A DNA stretch of 64,000 nucleotides from Turneriella sp. GTDB taxonomy: Bacteria; Spirochaetota; Leptospiria; Turneriellales; Turneriellaceae. Below are positions 27,897-36,833 of the stretch, piece after piece (the stretch's first letter is position 1; each line of letters begins with the position of its first letter). The notes beneath the pieces were generated by a model. The model worked only from the letters and a program-made list of their open reading frames with translations. It did no database searches and was not told the DNA's origin. The position numbers and the translations under genes were made by a program. Where the stretch lies: assembly GCA_965279515.1 (NCBI GenBank), contig CBDIID010000003.1, forward strand, positions 3,328,001-3,392,000, given 5' to 3'.

Positions 27897-28496
27897 ATGA
27901 ATAGTACATTTACCGAAGCGGAGTTACAGCATTATTACGACCTGCTCGATGAAAGCCTGACGCCGTACGATTGCGGCAAGCTCTGCTCACCGTCAAATGG
28001 CGGCGAACCGTTTTGTTGCAGTGTCGAAAACGCCGTGCCGATGCTCTACCGCGAAGAGTTCAAATACCTGCAGCACCGCTCGAGTCTCTGGGACCGCTGG
28101 AAGCCGAAGGTTGCCCGCGATAAGAAACAGAAAAAAGAAGACGAAACGCGGATTCTGATTTTTTGCGAATGTAAGGGAGTGCAGCACTGCGAAAGACCGA
28201 ATCGTTCGGTCGGCTGCCGCACCTTTCCCCTCGAGCCCTTCCTTGACGCGCAGGGTAATATCCTGGGCCTTATCTTCATGCGCGAATTCATCAACAAATG
28301 CCCGCTCATGGGTCGCCTCAAAGATATCAAGCAGAGCGCTGTGGATAAGCAATATGAATTCTGGAAGCTCATGCTGGCGAAAAAATCCGACGAGCTCGAG
28401 CTCTACATCTCGAGCTCTAAAGGCTGGCGCATTTCTGCCGCCAAACGGGGCGTAAAACTGCCCCTTCTGATTCCGAGTCAATTAAAGCCAAACTAA
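27897..28496 (+). CDS. Cys-rich hypothetical protein (YkgJ-like metal-binding)
   Basis: CxxxC, CC, CxGxxxC, CRTFP motifs. Confidence 0.6.
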   Translation: MNSTFTEAELQHYYDLLDESLTPYDCGKLCSPSNGGEPFCCSVENAVPMLYREEFKYLQHRSSLWDRWKPKVARDKKQKKEDETRILIFCECKGVQHCERPNRSVGCRTFPLEPFLDAQGNILGLIFMREFINKCPLMGRLKDIKQSAVDKQYEFWKLMLAKKSDELELYISSSKGWRISAAKRGVKLPLLIPSQLKPN

Positions 28497-30433
28497 TGTC
28501 AGAGATCACGCTTGCAGAACGCATCACGCATGCACCTGTAAGCTGTGGTGTATACCAGTGGTTTGAAAATCCCGACGACAAAACCCCGCTCTATGTCGGT
28601 AAAGCCAAAAATCTGCGCGTACGCCTGAGGCAATACCTCGTCTCAGACGACCTCAAGACCAGTTTCCTCATGAAGCGGGCGCACCATATCCAGTGGATCG
28701 CCACTGACAACGAGACCGAGGCGCTGCTGCTGGAGAATAATCTCATTAAAAAGCACCGGCCGGTCTACAATGTCAGGCTCAAGGATGATAAACAGTACCC
28801 CTATATCTGTGTTTCGATGAGCGAGCCTTTCCCGCGCATCTATCTCACGCGCCGTCGTTTGCCGGGCAATCTCTACTACGGGCCGTTTTCGAAGGCGCAG
28901 CTCGCACGCGAAAAGATACAGCTGACACTCGACCTGTTTCCGCTGCGGCGCCGACCGCTGAAACTGCCTTTGCCGAAACCTGCGAAACCCTGCCTCAACT
29001 ACCACCTCAAGAAATGCCACGCTCCCTGCGCTGAGAAAATCACGCGCGAAGAATATGCGAAGATCGTCGAACAGGCGATCGATTTTATTTCGGGTTCGGA
29101 TGCCGAGTCGCGCCAAAAAGTAGAAGCGCGCATGCAGGAACTTTCAGCGGCGATGAAATTCGAAGAGGCGGCGAAGCTGCGCGATGTCCTGGCGTATTTC
29201 AACGAGCGCAATATCAGGCCGCAGGTCGAAATGCGCGAATCTCGGCTCGACTTCGATATCGTCGGCGTGTATTCTGCCGATTTCTCGACGCTCAAGGCTG
29301 AGCTCTCACTGCGCGATGAGGATGTTACTCTGAAAAGTGCCTCTGACACACTGCGCTTCGCGCAAATTTGCCTGTTGAAATTCCGCGACGCCAAGCTCAT
29401 CGCTAAGGAAAATTTTTCCCTCACCGAAACCGATATGGCCGCTGCCGAGTTCAGCGATGCAGATTTTACCGAAACCTTTTTCCGCGATTATTACCTGAAT
29501 ATGCTCGATCTGCCGCCGTATATCGTGCTGCCCGACGGCATCGATTTATCTTACTGGCAAAAGGCATTGGCCGACCGCGAAGGCAATGCCGTGCGCGTGC
29601 AATCGCTGGGGGATTTCAGCCGTGCAGTGAAAGAAAACCACGTCGAGATCAATCCCCCTGCGTTGATGAGTATGGCGGTGAATAACGCACGGCTCACAAT
29701 GCGTGAACGCCTGCTGTCTGAAAACCTGCGTAACCAGCGTGTGGGCCTGCGGCAATTGCAGAAATTTTTAAATCTCAAAGAAGCGCCTGAGATCATCGAA
29801 TGTTACGATATTTCAAACATCCAAGGTACAGACCCGGTGGCGAGCGGGGTGATGCTTCGCGACGGTATGCCGTATAAGGCGGGATACCGCAAGTACCAGA
29901 TCAAGACCGTCGAAGGGGCGAACGACCCGGCGATGATCCATGAAGTCATCACGCGCCGCCTGGCGCGCATCAAAACCGGCGAGGTCAAACCGCCCGATCT
30001 CATCGTCATCGACGGCGGCAGCACGCAGCTGAATGCCGCGCTCAGGGCCCGCACCAACGCCGAGCTGAAGATTCCGATGATGGGGCTGGCAAAAAAACTG
30101 GAAGAGATCTATACCGAAGACGGGCGTATTCTGCATTTCGATAAAGAAAGCCCGGGGATGCACATTCTGCGTCGGGCACGCGACGAAGCCCACCGTTTTG
30201 CCGTGAGCTATCACCGCAACCGGCGCATGAAACGTAATCTCAAATCCCTGTTCGACGGTGTGGCCGGCATCGGGGAAAAGAAACGCGCTAAGGCGCTGCT
30301 GCTGCTGCGCAAGCTTGACCTTGCTGAAATAACTCCTGAAGATCTGGCGACGCGCATCGCGAAGGAAACCGGCATTTCGGCGGATCTATGCCTCAGGCTT
30401 TCTCAGAAAATTCTGAAACCCGTTTCGGATTGA
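28496..30433 (+). CDS. uvrC: Excinuclease ABC subunit C
   Basis: GVY..LYVGKAKNL, LKDDKQYPYI, IECYDISN, IVIDGG, RDEAHRFA. Confidence 0.97.
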   Translation: MSEITLAERITHAPVSCGVYQWFENPDDKTPLYVGKAKNLRVRLRQYLVSDDLKTSFLMKRAHHIQWIATDNETEALLLENNLIKKHRPVYNVRLKDDKQYPYICVSMSEPFPRIYLTRRRLPGNLYYGPFSKAQLAREKIQLTLDLFPLRRRPLKLPLPKPAKPCLNYHLKKCHAPCAEKITREEYAKIVEQAIDFISGSDAESRQKVEARMQELSAAMKFEEAAKLRDVLAYFNERNIRPQVEMRESRLDFDIVGVYSADFSTLKAELSLRDEDVTLKSASDTLRFAQICLLKFRDAKLIAKENFSLTETDMAAAEFSDADFTETFFRDYYLNMLDLPPYIVLPDGIDLSYWQKALADREGNAVRVQSLGDFSRAVKENHVEINPPALMSMAVNNARLTMRERLLSENLRNQRVGLRQLQKFLNLKEAPEIIECYDISNIQGTDPVASGVMLRDGMPYKAGYRKYQIKTVEGANDPAMIHEVITRRLARIKTGEVKPPDLIVIDGGSTQLNAALRARTNAELKIPMMGLAKKLEEIYTEDGRILHFDKESPGMHILRRARDEAHRFAVSYHRNRRMKRNLKSLFDGVAGIGEKKRAKALLLLRKLDLAEITPEDLATRIAKETGISADLCLRLSQKILKPVSD

Positions 30434-30504
30434 AACTAACGCTCGACGCATGGGATTTACGCATGCGCGTCGTGCGACACCGTCGCGTTGTCAGTATCTG
30501 AAGG

Positions 30505-30900
30505 TTAACGCTTCAATTCGTTCAGTAAATTCTGGCAAGCCTGCCAGGGTAACAGGGCGCATTTGTAACGCGCAGGAAGTTTGTAAACTGCCTCCAGGCC
30601 CCCGTGACGGAAGGCATTTTCTTCGCTGAAGGATTTGCTGAAATCATCGATCAGGTGATACGTTTGTGCGATCGTATTATTTTCGAGTACCCGGGCCATG
30701 AATGCGGCACTGGCCCGCAAAATAGCACAGCCTTCCGCCTGCCAATGCACGCGTTGCAGGGTATCGTCGCCGAGAGTCAGGGCGATTCGTACCTTGTCGC
30801 CGCAAAGACGGTTGGCGAGTTCAGCAGAGGGCATCCCTTCCGGGATTTCTACCGGCGTAATCTCTGCGAGCCGCAGAATTTCTTCTGAATAAGTGGGCAT
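30505..30900 (-). CDS. SufU/IscU (NifU-N) family protein
   Basis: NRLCGD, GCAILRASA, RYKCALLPW. Confidence 0.85.
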   Translation of the reverse strand: MPTYSEEILRLAEITPVEIPEGMPSAELANRLCGDKVRIALTLGDDTLQRVHWQAEGCAILRASAAFMARVLENNTIAQTYHLIDDFSKSFSEENAFRHGGLEAVYKLPARYKCALLPWQACQNLLNELKR

Positions 30901-31448
30901 TACTGCGCGGCGGCCTGCCGTATGGCCGCCAGAATTTTATCTGTCGGGTCATCGTGACGGAGAAGATACTGAACCCTTCCTGACTGGTTCAGCACATAGA
31001 TATAGAGGGAGTGCGAAATTGTCTTCTCTTGGTTCTTTGAATATGCCCCGAATCTTTTCTCTAATTCTGTGATCTCGGTCTTACTGCCTGTAAAACCGCG
31101 CGCATAAGGGAAAGGTGTCAGAAATCTTTTCAGATCTTCCGGTTTCTCGTTCGGAACATCGACGCTGATAAACAGCAGCCGTGTTTTATCCCGCAACGCC
31201 GCGTCGCTGCGCAGCGCGGTATCGATCTTGTGCAGGGTCATCGGGCAGAAATCCGGGCAGCGGCTGAAACCGAAAAAAAGCAGCGTCGCCGGCCGAAAGC
31301 TCTGCGAAAGCTTCTCGCGGATGCCATCCTGCGAGACGAGCTCGGCATCACCCCCGAGCGGCATCTCCTGGAATTCGAGTCTCTCCCCTTTGCAGCAAAG
31401 GCCGGCAGCGATAAGGAATACGGCTCCGAAAAAAAAAATTCGCATCAT
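30900..31448 (-). CDS. SCO family copper chaperone lipoprotein
   Basis: FFGFSRCPDFCP (CxxxC), FISVD, conserved His in ISHS. Confidence 0.9.
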   Translation of the reverse strand: MMRIFFFGAVFLIAAGLCCKGERLEFQEMPLGGDAELVSQDGIREKLSQSFRPATLLFFGFSRCPDFCPMTLHKIDTALRSDAALRDKTRLLFISVDVPNEKPEDLKRFLTPFPYARGFTGSKTEITELEKRFGAYSKNQEKTISHSLYIYVLNQSGRVQYLLRHDDPTDKILAAIRQAAAQ

Positions 31449-31904
31449 TTATTTTTCCCGTGGTTTAATCGGCACCTTGAAGCTCACGGCGGTTGCCCCA
31501 AACACAAGCTTTGCCTCACAAAATTCCTGGGCCTCGGGTTTCAGGGCACCCAGCATCACATGCTTATGGCCGGGTTCGAATGCCAGCAGCGCGCCGTCGG
31601 GGATTTCCGTTGCGGGTAAGGGCACCATGCTGACACGGTCGCCTGTGACGATAGTCTCATGCAGCGTCGTCGAAGCAGCACAGCTGAAATCCGCACCCGT
31701 CAGGGTTTTTGCCGCCCCCGATTTATTGCGGATTTCCCCGTATGCCACCGAACCCGCACCGGCCACGACTGGTTTTACAACAAACCAGCCCCTGAATTCC
31801 AGGCCTTGTTCTGTGTGCTTTTGCCCGCGGCAGGCGGTGCCCAGGAATAGGACGAGAAAACCTGCCGCGAGTGCTCCGGGGCACAATAAGGTCAACCTGG
31901 ACAT
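31449..31904 (-). CDS. Periplasmic copper chaperone PCu(A)C
   Basis: LHET...SM, FEPGHKHVML; TAC lipobox. Confidence 0.85.
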   Translation of the reverse strand: MSRLTLLCPGALAAGFLVLFLGTACRGQKHTEQGLEFRGWFVVKPVVAGAGSVAYGEIRNKSGAAKTLTGADFSCAASTTLHETIVTGDRVSMVPLPATEIPDGALLAFEPGHKHVMLGALKPEAQEFCEAKLVFGATAVSFKVPIKPREK

Positions 31905-31967
31905 CTTTTAGACCCGGCCTGTGACATGCCCCATCAAGCTTTTTTGACAAGGGGTCGAAAATAGAAT

Positions 31968-32297
31968 ATGGAAGATGAGTGGGCGCGCGTCGGCGAATAC
32001 CTCGACCGCCTGGCGTTTGAGAACGACCGGTTAGAGGCAGAGCTCAAGCTCAAAAAGGAGCGGCGCCTGGCACAAAGCGGCGAACAGGCTCCGGAGGCTG
32101 TGCCGGCTGCTGCACCTGTGCAGCGCTTCGATGAAGCCCGTGAAACGGTGCGCTACGAAACCCAGACAGCGACCGAGGCGACGCAGGGGATGCACATCTC
32201 TTACGATGCCTTAAAGCGCGACCTTTCGGGGCTCATGTCTGACCTCAACGACTTCAAGCATACTCGGGCCGGTCTCGAGTCACGCCTCAATACGTAA
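31968..32297 (+). CDS. Hypothetical coiled-coil protein
   Basis: ATG-initiated ORF filling the gap between neighbours and ending at a terminator. Confidence 0.6.
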   Translation: MEDEWARVGEYLDRLAFENDRLEAELKLKKERRLAQSGEQAPEAVPAAAPVQRFDEARETVRYETQTATEATQGMHISYDALKRDLSGLMSDLNDFKHTRAGLESRLNT

Positions 32298-32317
32298 AAA
32301 GGCCCTTGCGGGCCTTT
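32296..32317. terminator. Bidirectional intrinsic terminator
   Basis: AAAAAGGCCC-TTGC-GGGCCTTT between convergent genes. Confidence 0.75.
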
Positions 32318-32338
32318 CAAAACGGCGTGATAAACGGC

Positions 32339-33655
32339 TTATCCGGCGGTTTCTTCGCGCTTGTTGAACTTGTATTTCGCTTCTGCTTCGTCGAGAAGTG
32401 AAATGACCTTGTCCAGGTCGGCGCGCGTGTGTGCCGCGGAGAGTGACAGGCGCAGGCGGTCTTTCTTGCGGGCCACCGCAGGGTATGGAACCGGGTTCAC
32501 GAATACGCCCTGCTCATCCATGAATTTCGCGATTTCGCGCATGATGAATGTGTCACCGATGACGATCGGGGTGATCGCGGTTTGTGTGCGTTCGATATCG
32601 AAGTGACGCTTTTTGAGTTCTGCATGGAAGTACTTGATGTTCTCCCACAGCTGGTTGTGCCACTGTGGTTCTGTCTTCAGAACTTCGAGAGCCGCGCTTT
32701 GCGCTGCAACCTGCATCGGGGTCGGTGACGCCGCGAAGAAGTACGCGCGTGAGAAAAAGCGCAGATAGCGGATCACTTCTTTCTTCGCAGAGATAAATCC
32801 ACCCACGCCGCCGAGCGACTTGGAGAATGTACCCATAACGATATCGATTTTACCTTCGAGGTCGAAATGCTCGGGTGAACCTTTACCGGTTTTACCGAGT
32901 ACGCCTGTACTGTGCGCTTCGTCGACCATGAGTTTTGCATCGTGTTTCTTAACGAGATCATAGATGGCTTTGAGGGGGGCGATATCGCCGTCCATCGAGT
33001 AGACACCTTCAACCACAACGAGGCGGTCGCCCAAACCTTTTTTAGTCTGGATCAGGACGCGCTCGAGCGAATCCATGTCATTGTGACGGAATGTCGTGAT
33101 CTTTGCACCGGAAAGCAGGGCACCGTCGATGATCGAGGCGTGCGCCAGCTTATCGATGATGATTGTGTCTTTGGGGCCCAGGAAGCAGGAAAGCACACCG
33201 ACGTTGGTTGAATAACCTGAAGGGAAAAGGCAGGTGTCTTCAGCACCCTTGAGTTCAGACAGGCCTTTTTCGAGCTCACGGTGCACATCGTAGTAGCCTG
33301 AGAAGTGCGGGGGAGATCCGGCGCCGGCGCCGTATTTTTCAGCCGCTGCAATCGCCGCAGCTTTGACTTTGGGGTGGTTATTGATGCCCAGATAGGAGTT
33401 CGAACCCATCATGATCATTTCTTTGGCTTTGCCGGTTTTTTGGTCTTCGACAACGACATGGTTTGAGTTGGCGGAGAGCATGACGCGGCGGTACATGTGG
33501 TGGCCGATCGAAAGCTGGTAATCGACGCTTTCGTAGAAGGGGCCTGCCCAAGCGAAGAGGTCTGGTTTCTCGCGGCGCTGCAGAACGAAATCTGCCAGTG
33601 TCTTATTGAGATGGTCCTGATTGTATTGTGACTGTTGGTCCTGTGCTGTATTCAT
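32339..33655 (-). CDS. PLP-dependent alpha-oxoamine synthase (SPT/BioF/KBL family)
   Basis: AAGGAGA SD; GSNSYLG, HASIIDG, FRHND, EGVYSMDGD, VDEAHS, GTFSKS. Confidence 0.9.
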   Translation of the reverse strand: MNTAQDQQSQYNQDHLNKTLADFVLQRREKPDLFAWAGPFYESVDYQLSIGHHMYRRVMLSANSNHVVVEDQKTGKAKEMIMMGSNSYLGINNHPKVKAAAIAAAEKYGAGAGSPPHFSGYYDVHRELEKGLSELKGAEDTCLFPSGYSTNVGVLSCFLGPKDTIIIDKLAHASIIDGALLSGAKITTFRHNDMDSLERVLIQTKKGLGDRLVVVEGVYSMDGDIAPLKAIYDLVKKHDAKLMVDEAHSTGVLGKTGKGSPEHFDLEGKIDIVMGTFSKSLGGVGGFISAKKEVIRYLRFFSRAYFFAASPTPMQVAAQSAALEVLKTEPQWHNQLWENIKYFHAELKKRHFDIERTQTAITPIVIGDTFIMREIAKFMDEQGVFVNPVPYPAVARKKDRLRLSLSAAHTRADLDKVISLLDEAEAKYKFNKREETAG

Positions 33656-33772
33656 GGTTCTCCTTTGGGGGATAATACTATTTTGACGTTTTAGTTTTCT
33701 ATTTCGGCTATTTTTTCGGCGGTGCACAAGACGTCAAGCCGTATCCGCGGGTGCCAGCAGTGTATTTCCATA

Positions 33773-35158
33773 TCATTCTATACGCCGGATAATGTGATCT
33801 GAAAAATCGGTCACATAGAGATATGTACCGTCGCTGGTAATACCTGTCAGCTCCCTGAAACGGGCTGTGCCGGTTATTCCGCCTCCAGTGCCTATGACGG
33901 TGGTGGTCCCGGTCTCCCACCCGGATAGGGTTGATACAAAGCCCGTGGTTATATCGACACGGCGGATGCTGTAGCTGTCTTTGTCGGCGACATAGATATA
34001 TGTGCCGTCCGTGGTCAGATTGTTAATTCTCTTGAAGCGGGCGGTTCCCGGTGCGCCGTCTACATTGCCATAGCTGCCATTGCCTGCCAAAGTGCTGACT
34101 GTGGGGCCAGATGATAAATCGATGACGCGCACTGCCTGAAAAGCCGCTTCACCGACATAAACCTTGTTCGCATAATAGGTCACCGCGCAGGGGATCGTGA
34201 AGGTAGCGCTGGCGGCGGGGCCATTCACACTGGTGGCGGCGCCCGTGCCTGCCAGCGTCGTTGTGGCCCCGGTATTGATGTCGACCTTGCGGATGCGGTT
34301 ATTGTTGTAATCGGCGACGTACAAAAATGCGCCGTCGGTCGTGATACTGGTGGGGCCGTCGAAACGGACCGAGGTACCCGGCCCCGATGGAGCGTCGGCC
34401 ATGCCGCAGGTGAATGAGGCGCCTGCAAGAGTCGTGACCGCGAATGTTGTGAGATTCATTTTCGTGACGGTGCAGCCATAGAAGTGCACGGCGTATAAAT
34501 TCACGCCGTCGCTGGTGATACTGTCGCTGCCGCCGATATTTCCGAGCGTCGTCACATTGCGCGTAACGATGGTGATTTTACGCAACGCGCCTGAAGCTTC
34601 GAGAACAAATAGATTATTACCGTCGCTGGCCAGATATGCCGGTTGGGAGAATTTTGCACCGTTGCCAACACCGTTTGTCGAGGCGTTGATGCCTATCGTG
34701 CCTGCAAAAACCTGCCCCAGAATGACATCTGCATTTCCAGTCAGGGTCAGCGGATGAATAATATTTCCGCCAACCATCGGCCCGGCGCTCGAGCCGGCGG
34801 TGCACTGCACGCTTAAGGTGATATTGGCGGCGGCAAAGACACCGCTGGGATTCGTTATGCTGCAATACTGGGTCGGCGAGGTCGGGAACAGGGTTATGCT
34901 CGCTGCATAACTTTGTCCTGGAATAAATCCGGTTGTAAAAGCGGTCAAACCATTGGCGTTAATGGTCAGCGTTTCTGAGCCATTGCGGATTTGCAGGCCA
35001 GTACCGCTGAGGCCACTGACATTCACTTGTAAAACCAGCACGGATGCGGCGGCCGTGTTCGCCGGGGCATCTCCGAGAAAATTGGAGACCTTGCTATTTC
35101 CGCAATAGAGCATCACTGCGCCAAAAGAAAAAAGTGCAAACAATTTCTTAAGAGGCAC
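33773..35158 (-). CDS. NHL-repeat lipoprotein with N-terminal Ig-like domain
   Basis: GTG start, LYC lipobox; repeated ITxDGxxLYVAD..N.RIRK blades. Confidence 0.8.
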   Translation of the reverse strand: MPLKKLFALFSFGAVMLYCGNSKVSNFLGDAPANTAAASVLVLQVNVSGLSGTGLQIRNGSETLTINANGLTAFTTGFIPGQSYAASITLFPTSPTQYCSITNPSGVFAAANITLSVQCTAGSSAGPMVGGNIIHPLTLTGNADVILGQVFAGTIGINASTNGVGNGAKFSQPAYLASDGNNLFVLEASGALRKITIVTRNVTTLGNIGGSDSITSDGVNLYAVHFYGCTVTKMNLTTFAVTTLAGASFTCGMADAPSGPGTSVRFDGPTSITTDGAFLYVADYNNNRIRKVDINTGATTTLAGTGAATSVNGPAASATFTIPCAVTYYANKVYVGEAAFQAVRVIDLSSGPTVSTLAGNGSYGNVDGAPGTARFKRINNLTTDGTYIYVADKDSYSIRRVDITTGFVSTLSGWETGTTTVIGTGGGITGTARFRELTGITSDGTYLYVTDFSDHIIRRIE

Positions 35159-35384
35159 GTAAATAATCAATCGCCCATATTTCTGATTTTTGGTACTGAT
35201 TAGCAAGATGCGTCCCGAATAATTTAGCTACATATGTACCGGCGCAGCCAGGTTGCTGACCCTGCAGCCGAAATAATGACATGAATTGTCACATACGAGT
35301 AATTCCAGACTTTAATGCCATTTTTTTTGCCATCTCGGAATATTTCTATGGCACAGATTTGCCATTTTGCGCGTACAAGCGATA

Positions 35385-36797
35385 ATGAAGCTGGCGGCTA
35401 TAACTGTGGCGTTTGCGCTGATTTTGGGCGAAGTTTATGCTTTTGGCGATGCAACACATAAGAGGCTGCCAGAAGACGCGTTGCTGTACATGGAGATGCG
35501 TGGGTCGAATCAGCAGCGTTGGACAGCCGATTATCTGAAGGCAAAGGCCGGCGGGCGTTATGCGGGCACCTGCGTGAATGTGAACTATCCCCCCGCTAAT
35601 ATGGGTTCCGATAATACGCAGTGCGGAGCATTCGGCATATTGGCGATTGGTGGCTTTAAGCCTGACTATTTCCGCGATGCGTTTTGGGACATCCTGATCT
35701 ACGGCTGGGGGCCTCCCCAGGTATCTCTTTTAGAAGGTCAAAATTACACGGCCTGGTATCATTTTATCAACCTCATGGAAAGAAATGTCGATAACAATCG
35801 GCTGATTACAAATAACTATAATGCGTTTGATGGCTATGCACCCAACGCACTTTATTCCAACCTTGAGCTGGGTATGGATTGGCTGCTAACGACATTGATG
35901 AACAATGCAACGATGACCGTGGATTTGCAAGGTTGTACCGATTCTGCCTGCGTCGAAAAAAGCTCGGTTGCAACGGGAATTGATACGAACCCCGCGATCG
36001 ATTACCGGCAAAATGGCTCCTCAACTCCTGTGGGGCCGGGAACAGGATCAAAGAAGCTCGAAAACCAGGACGGAACAAATTACAATTGTTTCAGTGATAC
36101 GGCCCTGATTGGCGCCTGTCCGGATAATAGCGCAGCCTACGATGGAATTAACCAATACCCCAATGTGGTTCCCGGGGGCGCCGGATACGATCCGATCAGT
36201 CTTTTTACCGGAAACCAGGATTGGGTGGTCTATGAGCCATCGTATAATGCCGCAACTTTCTACTATAACGAGGTTTGGCTGGAGGGTTTTAGCTCCAGGA
36301 ATAGTTCACTCCAAACCGGACCCATTGTAAATCGTTACTACAATGTTTCGGGTCCTGAATTGCTGTATTTTGCCGCCGTGCATCATTATACAGGCGACGC
36401 GACCCAGATGACACATATTTGGCCAACACAGAGCTATAACCATCGGGAGTATGAAGGTTATGTGGGGGATAATTACGGAGAGCGCCTCATCGGTGGAACC
36501 GATGTGAAAAATTTCGAGGATTATGAGGTTGCCAATGCCTACGCAAACGTTCGGCAACACCGGTACAACGGGCCACCGGGAGATATTCATAAATTAATCA
36601 TTGAACAGGCTTTTCTAACCTACCATATCCGTTTCCGCAGTGGCTACGACAAAATGACAACGAGCAATCAGGCCATCTGGAGAAATGCGGGAGTTTGGGC
36701 GGTGAACAATTCCATAGCGGCAATGGCACTCACCAACGAAAAAGCCGTTCTCGATTTGCGCAAATGCCGAAATTCCGGGGCGTGCAATAATCTTTGA
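35385..36797 (+). CDS. Secreted Zn-dependent phospholipase C / P1-nuclease-fold protein
   Basis: Signal peptide then FGDATH; PD, WYHF, HYTGDATQMTH and HREYE metal-ligand pattern. Confidence 0.65.
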   Translation: MKLAAITVAFALILGEVYAFGDATHKRLPEDALLYMEMRGSNQQRWTADYLKAKAGGRYAGTCVNVNYPPANMGSDNTQCGAFGILAIGGFKPDYFRDAFWDILIYGWGPPQVSLLEGQNYTAWYHFINLMERNVDNNRLITNNYNAFDGYAPNALYSNLELGMDWLLTTLMNNATMTVDLQGCTDSACVEKSSVATGIDTNPAIDYRQNGSSTPVGPGTGSKKLENQDGTNYNCFSDTALIGACPDNSAAYDGINQYPNVVPGGAGYDPISLFTGNQDWVVYEPSYNAATFYYNEVWLEGFSSRNSSLQTGPIVNRYYNVSGPELLYFAAVHHYTGDATQMTHIWPTQSYNHREYEGYVGDNYGERLIGGTDVKNFEDYEVANAYANVRQHRYNGPPGDIHKLIIEQAFLTYHIRFRSGYDKMTTSNQAIWRNAGVWAVNNSIAAMALTNEKAVLDLRKCRNSGACNNL

Positions 36798-36833
36798 TTG
36801 CACAGAACCTAAGTTGCCATCCGCTATGCTTTT

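Noticed and set aside
30438..30489. Imperfect hairpins between uvrC and the SufU-like gene as an ncRNA
   Set aside because: Short bulged stems between convergent genes, most simply termination-related; no second copy seen
31944..31967. TTGACA...TAGAAT promoter
   Set aside because: The spacer is only 12 nt
35349..35362. Sigma54 promoter TGGCACAGATTTGC
   Set aside because: GG-to-GC spacing is 9 rather than the required 10
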